From the NCBI RefSeq assembly GCF_001194135.2, contig NC_068993.1:32952453-33016452 (forward strand): 64,000 nt of DNA. The letters run 5' to 3'. This stretch comes from Octopus bimaculoides (taxonomy: Eukaryota). Positions 12,660 through 25,345 of this stretch are shown here, piece by piece (position 1 is the stretch's first letter; the number at the start of each line of letters is the position of its first letter). The notes beneath the pieces were generated by a model. The model was not told the DNA's origin. It searched no databases and saw nothing but the letters and a program-made list of their open reading frames with translations. The position numbers were made by a program, and so were the translations under genes.

Positions 12660-14100
12660 TGAAAGAGAAAATAAAGAAAGAATACTATACACGATTTTGA
12701 TCAATACTAAAAACAGAGCTCAATGCTAAAAACAAGATAATAGGTATTAACACTCTAGCTGTCCCAGTTATAAGTTACAGCTACAATATCCTGAACTGGA
12801 CACTGACCGAACTATCTAAAATAGACAGGAAAACAAGAAAAATAATGACAGTATCTTGGATGCACCACCCAAAATCTGAAATAGAAAGGCTTTATATACC
12901 ACATACAGAAGGTGGTAGCGGTCTTATACAACTGGAAAACTATTATAAAATAATCACCATAGGACTGCAAAAATACCTACTTGAGAAGCAAGGAAAACTA
13001 ATACAAATAGTCACAAAACACGAGCAAAACAAAAAACTGTTTTCAGTATTTAAGGAAGCTGACAAATACAAACAAGAAATCATACTACCTAATAAATACG
13101 AAGAAGTAGAAGAAGAAGAAGTAGAAGAAGAAGAAGAAGAAGAAGAAGAAGAAGAAGAAGAAGAAGAAGAAGAAGAAGAAGAAGAAGAAGAAACAACAAA
13201 AGCTATAAAACAAATGAAATCCAAACTAAAACTAGAACAGCAATGGACCANNNNNNNNNNNNNNNNNNNNNNNNNNNNNNNNNNNNNNNNNNNNNNNNNN
13301 NNNNNNNNNNNNNNNNNNNNNNNNNNNNNNNNNNNNNNNNNNNNNNNNNNNNNNNNNNNNNNNNNNNNNNNNNNNNNNNNNNNNNNNNNNNNNNNNNNNN
13401 NNNNNNNNNNNNNNNNNNNNNNNNNNNNNNNNNNNNNNNNNNNNNNNNNNNNNNNNNNNNNNNNNNNNNNNNNNNNNNNNNNNNNNNNNNNNNNNNNNNN
13501 NNNNNNNNNNNNNNNNNNNNNNNNNNNNNNNNNNNNNNNNNNNNNNNNNNNNNNNNNNNNNNNNNNNNNNNNNNNNNNNNNNNNNNNNNNNNNNNNNNNN
13601 NNNNNNNNNNNNNNNNNNNNNNNNNNNNNNNNNNNNNNNNNNNNNNNNNNNNNNNNNNNNNNNNNNNNNNNNNNNNNNNNNNNNNNNNNNNNNNNNNNNN
13701 NNNNNNNNNNNNNNNNNNNNNNNNNNNNNNNNNNNNNNNNNNNNNNNNNNNNNNNNNNNNNNNNNNNNNNNNNNNNNNNNNNNNNNNNNNNNNNNNNNNN
13801 NNNNNNNNNNNNNNNNNNNNNNNNNNNNNNNNNNNNNNNNNNNNNNNNNNNNNNNNNNNNNNNNNNNNNNNNNNNNNTTAAGTATAATAAAAAAATATTC
13901 AGACAAATACATAAAAACACCAGGACTTACAAATATATATAACATACAGAAAATTGCACTACTGGGCACTGCACACATCCTACGCAAAACACTTTCAATA
14001 CAGTAACCATAAGAGCATCACAGCAAACCACAGCACATACCCAAGGTACACAGAGCTGTGCTCGGTAGTGAAGTGAAAGCACATTATAAAAATAAAACTA

Positions 14101-14104
<4 letters not shown>
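12660..14104 (+). mobile_element. R4/Dong-like non-LTR element, 3' part (copy A), with (GAA)n expansion and N gap
   Basis: ILKTELNAKNKIIGINTLAVPVISYS...ERLYIPHTEGGSGL, then ALLGTAHILRK, a 3' UTR and (AAT)n. Confidence 0.8.
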
Positions 14105-14148
<44 letters not shown>

Positions 14149-14149
<1 letters not shown>

Positions 14150-14648
14150 GAAAAATTGGTGCGACCACAAACCTGAAGGCATCGTCGAAAATGGAAATGC
14201 AATGATCCTATAGGATTTTATGATTCAGTGCAACCATAAGATAGAAAATAGGAAGCCGGACATAGTCTTAATTGAGAAAGAAAACACACTATGCTGGATC
14301 ATAGATATAGCATGCCCAGCTGACAACAAGGTATATGATAAGGAAGAAAGAAAAGTCGAGAGATATGACAGGTTAGTTTGGGAAGTTAAGCAGTTGTGGT
14401 CGATGAAAAAGGTAGCAGTAGTACCAATAATTGTTGGAGTCCTGGGAACAGTGAGCAAAAATCTCGAGAAGTACGTGGAACAAATAGGGGTTGCAATAAG
14501 GGTGGAGCACTTGCAGAAAACAGCACTGCTTGGAACCGCTCGAATACTCCAGAAGGTGCTCGAAAAATAAGAGGTGTTACCTTAGTTCACTGGTAGTGAA
14601 CAGCTGACACTGTAATACATTTCCAGCATTAGAAGTTGTGCAAAGGCA
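14149..14648 (+). mobile_element. R4/Dong-like element 3' end with restriction-like endonuclease domain (copy B)
   Basis: KPDIV...IIDIACP...K.EKV..Y..L...VVPIIVGVLG...LQKTALLGTARIL; flanked by (AAT)n on both sides. Confidence 0.85.
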
Positions 14649-16651
14649 ATAATAATAATAATAATAATAATAATTAGGGGTTGATAAAATAAGTACCAGT
14701 TGAATACTGAGGGCCGATGTAATAAACTTACCCACCTCACCTGAAATTGCTGGCCTTGTGCTAAAATTATTATTATTATTATTATTAAAGTATCACTTAA
14801 AGGAATTCCCACAGCTGTTAACTACATTTTTGTATTTAATTCTAATTAAATATTTTCAGTTTTACTTGCTGTGTCTGGAGGAAGGCAGCATTGCCCATAG
14901 CTCTTGCAAGCTTTCCTAGGCTGGTTAGACAGATAACATTGATATAAACCAACACCTGCTGAGAAAGATATGAGCATAGAGTGAATTCCACACAGCTAAC
15001 ATTTTGGGAAGTGTGAGCTGGATCTAGTGGCTAGGTGTGTGTGGATGCAGTATCAATGATTGGAAGAGGAGAGAGACGAGTAGGACAGGAATACCTGAAT
15101 GGAGATGGTATGACCCTAAGCTGTTCTGAGGAGCAGAGGCCATTATAATGGTAGGTGAAAAGGCTGAAAAAGGGGATAGTGGGCATGTGGGCCAGATGCC
15201 GGAGGGTGTCTGAGTTAGTCAGGAGTTTCTGCGGGGTTGCTCAACTCGCAAGAATTAGCAGACAAATCTCCCCCAAATCAAATCCTATCGTCTTCTGGAA
15301 GAATACATTGAATATTGTAGTTCTGTATAATCTCAAACGGACAGGCTGATCGTAGACAGACTGCCTTCAACTATAGAATTGTTCAATGAAGGAAGGTCTG
15401 GGTGTAAACAATGTTAAGCCTCATAGATTTTAAAATTTTTATTTCATTTTTACATGTGTGCACACGAAGAGGATATTGTGAGGGGTGTCGAGCAGGTCAA
15501 CAAAATCGGAGACCCAAGTAAACAGTAGCTAATATGATGTAGAATAGTAGTAGTTAATTTAATATGATGCTCGAAGGCCATGTTAAAAAAACACCGACAC
15601 ACACACACACACACACACAGTGTTTAACATGTACCATAACGGAAATCCATAGGGATCCCGGTTCACAACGGGGGATTTCATATCACAATTGTGGGTAATG
15701 AAACGCTTTAACTCACATTTCGGTCTTTTATGAAGGTAATTTATAACTGAAAATAGTCTGGCGAAGGACCCAGATATTTACTGCTTTAATCCATTGTTCC
15801 TTGCATTAAATTAAAGAAATAATAAACAGTTAATAGTGTGTGTGTTTAAAAAAAATTTAATCCATACATTTCTCTAATCCATTTATGGCATCGTCTGTAT
15901 AAAGGCTGTATTAAATGTTGACACTGTATAAAGCCAACAGAGCAGACGAAATCGTCACTTCGTCTGTTCTATTTTTGTTCAGAACAAGAAGAAAAAAAAA
16001 CAACTTTATTAACATGAGATAATAAATATATAAAAAATAATTATAAAGCGAGTGAAGTAAATACAGCAATCAGTTGGGAAAAGAAGCAGATACATCAATA
16101 GTTGTATTCCCAGAAGGCTTTTGTATTTATTCGACAAATTGTAGTCATTTCAGGTTTACTAAGGGGTTCACAACGTCGATAAACAGAAATTAAACCACAA
16201 TATTGAGTAATGGAGAGAGAGAGGGGGGAGGAGAAATGTTGGGAGAGAAAAAAAAATTTCCGTCACCAAAATTATCAACCGTACCTCACTACATTATCTC
16301 ACCACACTCACACTTCTTAGGTCTGATCACTAGTCCCCCCCGTCTCTCTTGCCTTTGTTCTCCTCTCTACACATTATCTCTCTTTTCTCTCCATCGCTCT
16401 GTTTTTCCGTGTTAGTAACTCTACACACTGTCTTCTGTTCTTATTGTCTCTCTCTCTCTTTACGCTTATAATTATTACGCACCACACTCTTTTTCTTTCC
16501 TCTTACTACTACTAATACTACATTCTCTCTATCTGATTAACTTTCTCCCTTCCTCGGTCTACCTGACTCTTTCTCTCTCTCTTTCTCTCCCTCACTCGGA
16601 TTCGAGTTGAATCCTCCCCCCTTCACTTCATTTCATCTCTTCACTCACTCA

Positions 16652-16665
16652 CACGTCACTTCCGG
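16652..16665 (-). promoter_or_regulatory. Overlapping ETS + CRE-half motif (CCGGAAGTGACGTG on minus strand)
   Basis: Plus strand reads CACGTCACTTCCGG, about 60 nt upstream of the exon 1 donor. Confidence 0.65.
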
Positions 16666-16669
16666 TCTG

Positions 16670-16726
16670 CATCCGGGTCTTGAATTAGTCATGGTGGATG
16701 CAAGTTTCTTTTAGCGGGTTGAAGAG
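16670..16726 (+). other. PHRF1: Putative non-coding first exon (start approximate)
   Basis: Strong donor GAAGAG|GTAAGT at 16726/16727 just downstream of an ETS/CRE motif in a CpG-rich region. TGA at 16720-16722 is an in-frame stop upstream of ATG 20978. Confidence 0.6.
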
Positions 16727-18004
16727 GTAAGTACACAGACTAATTGTGTGTATCCCTATTACATTTGGCTATTTAGTTCATCCTGGATGTATTAATTAGG
16801 ACAAACTTCAGATGAAGATAAAATCGTTTACAACAATGGAACAGGCCAATGGTCGTGAGTTAAATGCGAATCCAGAGTGAGTTTCTCGGTGTAATAAGCA
16901 CAACGGTTTGGTTGAAGAGTCAAACAAAAATGTGTTGAATTTTTCACAGCCGACCATCAGCTTTGCTTTTTTCTCTTTCCTTCAACGTTATTTTGGTTTA
17001 ATATTAAAGAATCTGACTATGTAGAGACATTGGAATGCAGATATTTAACACTAGACTTCTGACTTTGGCAAAAAAAAAACCATTTTCTGTTTCATATTTT
17101 CTCCTCTTCCGAAATGAAATTCTAATATGCAATTAATCCTGTCATTTCAGAGGGAAGTCTTGCTCTGTAAATTCTGGGTCATATTTCTTCTGATTAGTTT
17201 TACTATTGAGAACTACAAATATAGGTACTTACGTAGATATATATGTATATGTGTGTATGCATATAGTTATATAATGAGAATAAGAATAATAATGGAATTA
17301 AAAAAAGACATTTTCAGAGTTGAATATAAAATCCGAAACCATGGAACCATTATACCTCTTTCATGTAAACCTGTTTATAAACAACTGATGCTTAAAACGT
17401 ATCCTTTATATATGTATATGTATTATACACACTCTGACACATTGTGTATTCTATACGTATTTGAGTATGTACATTTGTGTGTGTGTATGTATGTATATAT
17501 ATACAGCGAAAGATAGGTCAGTTTAGGTTTCCTTAAACAGAGATTATTTCATCTGTGCATTCTAAATTATTTCCATCTCAAATCTGTAACTTTTTCTTTA
17601 GGTTTATTTAATTATTTCACTGTCTTTAGATTCTGTATTCTTATACATATAGATGGCACCAACCCACAGCCCTCCCTGCCGCTCAGAGGCCTACCTCTTA
17701 CCCTTTCCTACTACAGATATTGTAAACAAGATTTATGTCTATCTATCTATGTCTTCATTGTGATAGATCTGTATATTTTGTCAATAATCAATTTAGTTTC
17801 AACTCAAGTAGGCGTGTGTTATGGAACTGTTTGCCATTGTTTGATGCTTTTTGCATTTATTTTTCCTTGTCCATCTTGCCAAAGGTAGCAGACATATGTG
17901 TATGTGTGTTTCTGTCTGTATGTATGTGCTTATATATGAATATGTAATTATATTTGTGTATGTATATAAAAATTTGTGTATATATGTGCATGTGAATAGT
18001 ATAT

Positions 18005-18068
<64 letters not shown>

Positions 18069-18285
18069 CATACATATATATACACGTGTGAATACATATA
18101 ATATATGCACAATCTGTATATAAATATGCAGATGTATGTATATAGTTCTGTATTTGTATGCAAATATGTATCCATGTATTTAAGCGTATATATGTATATA
18201 TTTATGCATAAATTTGGGTTCATATGTACATACATATGCATTAATATCTTCGTGTCCTTACATGTTTTTTGTATGGTATACACAC

Positions 18286-18337
<52 letters not shown>

Positions 18338-20977
18338 TTATTTCTGTATCTATATATAGATATCCATATATTTGTATGTATATGTCTGTTCTATATATAT
18401 TTGTGTATGTATATAATACACACACACACGTGTGTTTGGGAGTGAAAAAGAGTACTCAATAAGGTGTGTAGTTTTCCCAACTCCTGTTAATAGTCGCTTA
18501 TGTCACCAACTTTTCATTACATGTGTGTATCTATTTATCTGTACACATACACAATGTGTTGAAATGCTTTTATGAACTTCATGTGATAATCTACCACTTT
18601 CTGTATAAAGTGATTCTTTAGCTCGTCATACCAACATATAATACACACATTTGTGTGGTTTCTGTCTTCAATATATTTGTGGCAATGTACGAGTACAATA
18701 AATAATTGTTTACTGCTATTATTATTGCAATACATTTGGCGATATTTGGTCTGCTTGTGGAATAGTTAAATGAGGCAGCAAGAATTATCGTTAATTTTGT
18801 TATTAAAGCTAAGAAAGTGATGAAGAATATTGAATGTTAATAGAAGACGACCATCGGAATGGTAGTTTTTTTTTTTTTTTGTCTCTTCAACACCTGACAT
18901 AGCGAACGCTTCTTCGGCACCTCACATCGAGACATGGAACTGTGTGTGTATGTATAACGTCTGCATACATCAATGACATTGTAGAGTAGCAAATGTTTAA
19001 TGTCGGTGTATATGACTCTACCTTTCCTCTCTGCAATGTTTAATGTAACCTAAATAATCCTCTATGTCTAGCAAGAAATGAATGCTTTGTTTCTATTTAT
19101 TTATGACTTTATTTCTGTTTGTCCGTTTTTGTCCTGGCACATTATTGTTTAGACAACATTTCACAAACTTTTCTTAAAGCCAAGAAATTAGTTTCACTTT
19201 TTATTCGACCTTATTTGATATTTACGTTATTTTAAAACACCTTTTTTGTTATTCCATTTCGTAAAACCCAAACAAAACATTGAAATAAAATTTCTATTTT
19301 CATTTGTTAACCTATATATTTATCTATATTTGTTATTTATTTCTCCGTTTATTGTTTATAATTCTTGGATTATATTCAAAACCTATGTATAGGATGTTTG
19401 ATAGACCTAAATACTCGCCCCTTGCGCTCGCTCTCTCTCTTTCTCTCCAAAGAACTGGTATAGCAGGGTTGTAGTTTCAAATAAATAGTATAATAACTTC
19501 CATGCGACTACTTGTAAGGAATAACAGCCAAATCTCCCTCAAGTCACACCCTATTGTCTTAAAGGGACACTTCGTTCTTATGTTATGCTTAAAACAAACA
19601 GAGGTGATGATCGCGGCTTAAATACTTTTAATTATAGGTCTACTCGGTTAGGGCAGAACTGGTATTAACTAAAAGTGCTCTGTCCGAATCACCGAACTCT
19701 TCTCCCTCGTCTCGACACACACGCATACACACGGTTTACAAAATTTACTGTTTCGAATACTTGGGTCTCTGTATCAAGACGATGAGTTCTATTTGTATAA
19801 TACGATGTAAATAACAGCATCGTTGACTAAGTTTTCTATAAAGTCTGCGAATCGGTTCCAGTGTCCGCTTGTTGCCATTCCACTGGTAAAAGTGAAGGTA
19901 GGAACATGATTTCCTTAAATAAATCACAGCCTAGGTATTTATAAAGATATTAATCGACTACTAACCCCCGGTAAAGATGAATTATAAAGAGATTATAGTA
20001 TTTATTTTGCTTGCTTTTAGTCACTTCTTTAAATCTTTCTTTTTATAAGTTTCAAGTTGTATGTTGTGAATAACTAGCAAAGTGAAATTTTAATATCAAA
20101 TATAACTTTAATTATAATTATCAGTTTCTTTTGATGAGGCTCTGAATTCCAATGTTTTTGTTGAGAGAAGGATTTGATAAAATAAGTATTATAGTAATGT
20201 GGTTTCTGATTTACTGATAGAATTTGATCTTGGAATTGTGATATAGAAATTTATAATATAGCACAGTTTTTAATATTCTGCACACTTGGCCATCTCAAAT
20301 GCCCTTACAGTTATTGCTTTGTGAGACACAACCCCTATTTCATTTATTGATTATATTAAAGGAGTGTATTTCTGGAACTTAAGGTATCAACTCTGAACTT
20401 GGATAATGACAATTGTGTGATCTAACTGGGTGGGGGTGAGACATGAATTAGTATTGTGTATTTCATTACTGACTTTAACCACTTCTCTCATTTCACTACT
20501 CTCTAATTTATTGACAGGTGAATGGCTAATGTTTTAGACAATTACATGTTTAGAAATGATAAATTGTTTTATTATTTACATCTACATTCCGTTTTGATTG
20601 ATTTCTCCAGTCTTCATCAGGTATCTTATTTCTGGATGTGTAAACACTACCAGATTGAATTAGAAGTAAAAGTTTATAGTTTGATTTCTGTTTCATATCA
20701 TCTAACATCATCCAGGAATAAAACGTTTGCTAGTGATTGATGATGAAACTATTCCAAATGTAATAGGTGTTAATATTAAAATATTTTTGTTAATGAGAAG
20801 CATAAATTGATAATTTTTCACCTTGTTAAGGACAGTATTGCTGTTGGTTTTTGTTACATATTGTTTCAACTGATGACACCATCTTTTACAGATGATTCTG
20901 TTTGGCCCAGATTAAAAAAAAAAAACGAAAAGATACCCAGCTTTTCTGGAAAGTTACTACATGAAGTGCTACTGGAA

Positions 20978-21185
20978 ATGGAAGAAGAACGATTAAAGAG
21001 AGATGCACAAGGTAAAGCTTCTGCATTACTTTCTTGTTCTGGCAGCGAATCTGAAGGTGATGAGGTGAAATCTCAATTCCATTGTAAAAGTGATGAAGTT
21101 ATGATGGAGGAGAACCCTAATCCTGAAGATCTAGAAGAGGATGATGACTCAGATGATGATGAGGAAACTGATGATGAGGACGAAG
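20978..21185 (+). CDS. PHRF1: PHRF1-like coding exon 1 (exon starts 20892): acidic N-terminus MEEERLKRD...DDEDE
   Basis: Acceptor ttttacAG at 20890-20891; first in-frame ATG 20978; donor GAAG|GTAAAA, phase 1. Confidence 0.8.
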
Positions 21186-22798
21186 GTAAAATAAATGGTT
21201 TTAATTCCTCTGAAATCTTTCCCTTGTTCTTTTTCCTTAATATTTCTCTATCAAAAATTTTTTTTTTCTTGGATAACACCAATGTTGTCTTTTATTGTGC
21301 ATCCTTTCAAATCTAGTGCTTATAGGCCTCTATACTTGTTTGTTGATAACTAAATAGCCATATGCAGGTGATGTACATCAGCCCAAAGTTATGGTAAGTC
21401 CTTTACACAACTGGTATTTTATCAATTCCAAAAAGATAAAGGCAAAATAATGCTGAGTGGGCTTTGAACACAGGAAATAAGGAGCTGTAATGCAGCGCAG
21501 CAAATATATAGGATTATTTTGAGTCAAAGACAGCTCCTGAGAATCCATTAGGGGAAGCATTTACAGTGTTTACATAGGAAGTAGCAGATTTCTTGTTTTT
21601 CCTAAGTTTAAATTTATCATTGGACAGTATCAGAATTTTTATTATCATTATATAAGAATACATATATAATGTTGACTTAATTTGTTAATTATATAGTTCT
21701 CCTGTTGGTTATTGTAATGAGCTATGCCGCTTACCAATATGATAACTCTTTACTACAAGGCTACAGATATCTCAGTGAATAGCAAGAGACTGGCAGTGTA
21801 ACTGTTGGGTTATATATTGTCACTGGTACTATGGACATCTGGTTCTCAATAGCTGAGTATTTCTGTTTTTTGTATAGCCAGAAGTCAACCCTCTTCAAGT
21901 ATATCTATGATTATAAAGCATTCCAGCTGTGACTATCTCATTTTTTTTCTCCAGGCACAGTGTGTCTAGTATCACATTATCTAATGCATATCTCCTTTTG
22001 TATGAATCAAAGGAGATTGTGGCTATCTGTAGTAGATTGTGTGGACACAAACAGATTCCTTTTTTTTGTCTTATCAAGTTCTAAACATGTTAAACAAACA
22101 ATCCAAGTGGAAAGTGATTGTGGATGAGGAATATATGGGAAGATTTTGTATTCTAAGACACAGCTCTTCTATCTTTCCTTCTTTTACTTTCAGATTTCCA
22201 CCTGGAAACCATGCAGTTTATCATTTAGTTAAGCTGTAGGTTCTATTCAAGTAATGTGTTGAGAATTCTTTAGATTTAAATAGTTTTATAACTGCACTCA
22301 TCTATTTTGCTTGATTTTGTTGGTGATAGTTCAAAAATTTTAAACAATATGTTTGTGAAGTCTGTTCCAAAGTTGGGAAGACAAATGTTTTGGTACCAGT
22401 AGAACAGAGAAGCCAATCACCTTAATCTTAGTGGGAGTGGGACAAGAGGAAAGTTTTTTTTTTTTTTTGTTCGATTCAATAATAAAACATAATTTTGCCT
22501 AATATTATGAAATATAGTGTGTGGGGTAAGTTGCTTCAATGCAGGCATATCCAAACCATTCCTGTAAAGGCTCCAGGTTTATACCATAATTCACAAATGG
22601 CTTTCAACCTGGATTATTGGATTGTTTTGTAATTGACTAATTGCTTTTAAGAAAAGCATTTGGTTGTAGAAGTTTATGAATGTCCAAGTTATCTAAAAAT
22701 TTCAGCAACACATTGCAAGAATGTGCCTCTTGTAAATATATCGTATATAAACTTGTTCCTTTGATAACCATCATATGCACACATTCACACTCAAACAT

Positions 22799-22835
<37 letters not shown>

Positions 22836-24190
22836 GCACATGTATGCATGAAGGAAACAACTTTTCTTTCTAACATTTATTAAAAACATGTTTGTTCAAC
22901 TTTGAACTTGTTTCATTAAAGATTTTTCAAATTTTTTTATTAGTCTTTTATGTTGGGTTTAGAAGAATGACTTTCCTAAATCTGTTAGTTTGACTTTTGC
23001 AACTATTTTCGAAATAAATTGTGGTAATGGCATGTTATTTGCATATTCTCTGGAAAGTTTGAAAGGATCTTGAGAATAATTTTGATAACTCATAGAATTA
23101 TCAATGCCTAATTTAAAATTATATAATAGAAAATCCTGGTGGATTGAATGATACATTTCTTTTATGTATGATATATGTATCTTTTTAATGTCTATGCCTC
23201 TGCATCATATCTATTTCTTTCCTACAACTCCTCTTCCTAATCCCACTTCCACCACTCTTATTGGCACTATTCACTTAGATGCTATAATGATATGAAAGTG
23301 AAACTGAACATATTTCACCCCCTCCCCTCACCTTTTTGCACTCCTGCTTATCCTCCTTGGAGTCACTTACTTTGTTTTTTGCATTCTGAATAAAATCCCA
23401 CACCCTCTTATTTTCTGCTGAATGCCCCTTTCACCTCCATTCTTCCCCTGTACACTTTCTCTTTCTGCCAATGGCAGCCCTCACTACTTATGTTTATCTC
23501 TTACTATTTCTCCCCATATGCTTCTGATCTTGTCCCTGGCACTGTACATTACTTGCACATCACCCACACTTCCTGTCACCCCCTTTTTCAATCTTATTTT
23601 CTCCACATTTCCTCTTCAAACTGATATTGACCATTGACCTCACCACTGTCCCTATCTTGATCTAGCTGCTGCTATCTTTTGACACTCTTGCAATCTTGCC
23701 TACCTACTCATGCAGTCTAACCCTCTGAAACCTCTTCGCTATCTTCTTCCCTTTACCAGCGGAGTAGCCATATACCTCTTCTTCTGAGACACCTGTTTCT
23801 GTCCCTGTATTTTACTTCTACTGCTCATTACTTGGCATGTAGCCATCCCCCAATCAGTACTACACCCACTTCAGTTGAGGGTTCTTGTCTTGCAAGTTAC
23901 CTAGTGACTTTACCAGTGCTAGTGTCCATTAAAAGGCATCCATTACACTGTCAAGTGGTTGGCATTGGGAAGGGCATCCAGCTGCAGAAATCATGCCAAT
24001 GCAGACATTGGAGCTTGGCACAGTTTTATGGCTCATTGGTTCCTATCAAACCATCCAGTCCATGCCAGCATATAAAACATGAGTGATGATTGTGCATGTG
24101 TGTGTGTATTCAACGACTCTTACACAACTAAAAAATGATTGCTGTTGCATTCTTTTTTTTTTCATGGAATTTCAATTTGTTTTTTCATAG

Positions 24191-24384
24191 AAACTGATGA
24201 CGACGACGATGATGTTACGAAAGGTGTTTGTGACAAAGTCAGCCTTTTAGAAGAGGAATCTTCTGATCAAGGAGATGGTGATGATTGTCCAATTTGTTTA
24301 AATCGGTTAAAATATCAAGATATTGGAACTCCAGAATCTTGTGATCACAGTTTTTGTTTAGATTGTATTCAACTTTGGGCCAGG
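24191..24384 (+). CDS. PHRF1: Coding exon 2: RING finger N-part (CPICLNRL...CDHSFCLDCIQLWAR)
   Basis: tttttcatAG acceptor; AGG|GTGAGT donor; phase 1 to 0. Confidence 0.95.
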
Positions 24385-24977
24385 GTGAGTTACTGGACTG
24401 CTTTATTTGTTTCTCTCCAAATTTTGAATTTCTATCCCCTGTAATAGTGCTTTCTTCTTGTCTTTAGTCTATAAAAAGAATATTTTCTTGAATAAATGTG
24501 TTGAAGAACTGTGGATCTTTTTTATGTAAGAAAATTATTTCATAAATTGGTTTCTCTTTTTTAGTTAAAACTTTTGCATCATTGAAATATGGTGCAAAGA
24601 TTTTTGTAAGAAAGGAATGGAAAAGAATAGAACCCGTTACTATGACATAATCTGTAATATTCTGTTGTGGTATGTAGGTGGGTGTTAAATATGGAATGAA
24701 ATTGAATACATAATTAAACGTTTCAGCATAGCAAAACAATGTTATAAAAGCGGTAAATAAAACATTTATGGAATGTGGAATTTCCATGAGTGTCACTTAT
24801 AACTGTATTGTGAAGTTTCAAAGTAGAAGAAACTATGCTATTTAAATCAATATGTAGAAGAGGTGTTTTCACTGATTTGGACATGTGTAAATACATGATA
24901 CTGGGTGAGGTAAGTGTTGTGTGTTTGCTTAGAACTTCACTTGAAATAAGTATATATATATATATATATACTTATTG

Positions 24978-25345
24978 CACCCATGCTGGTGGTACATAAA
25001 AAGCACCATTCAAGCATGGCTGATGCCAGTGCCACCTGACTGGCTCCCATGCTGGTGCCACCATTTGAGCATGACTGATACCAGTACTGCCTGACTGGCA
25101 CCCGTTCCAGTGGCACATAAAAAGCACCATTTGAGCATGGTCGATGCCAGTCCCGCTGACTGGTTCCTATGCTGGTGGCGCATAAAAAGCACCCACTACA
25201 CTCAATGAGTGGTTGGTGTTAGGAAGAGCATCCATTTGTAGAAACCTTGCCAAATCAGATTGGAACCTGGTACAGCCTCTCGGCTTGCCAGTCCTCTGTC
25301 AAACCCATGCCAGCATGGAAAGTGGACATTAAATAATGATGATAT
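24978..25345 (+). mobile_element. Family B fragment with about four internal tandem units
   Basis: Repeated tggcacataaaaagcaccatttgagcatgg..gatgccagt units followed by the family B tail. Confidence 0.8.

Noticed and set aside
838-13987. Long ORFs spanning X runs (881, 937, 945, 9563-10706, 12943-13987)
   Set aside because: Open only because N gaps contain no stops.
14880-15420. Possible additional Penelope/RT remnant
   Set aside because: Composition is suggestive, but I could not recover a diagnostic motif.
17799-18462. YI/VC/HT-rich ORFs here and at about 51494, 52980 and 54966
   Set aside because: Translations of TA/CA/TG microsatellites.
20518-20620. Possible extra 5'-UTR exon (ttgacAG...CAG|GTATCT)
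   Set aside because: Splice signals only; such pairs are common by chance in AT-rich introns.
20807-20977. N-terminal extension of PHRF1 from the listed ORF start
   Set aside because: 20807-20891 is intronic, and the spliced frame has an upstream stop at 16720-16722.
24978-25200. CRISPR-like repeated units (also 5850-6050, 59350-59600)
   Set aside because: Tandem units of a LINE 3' UTR; no unique spacers, no cas genes, eukaryotic context.
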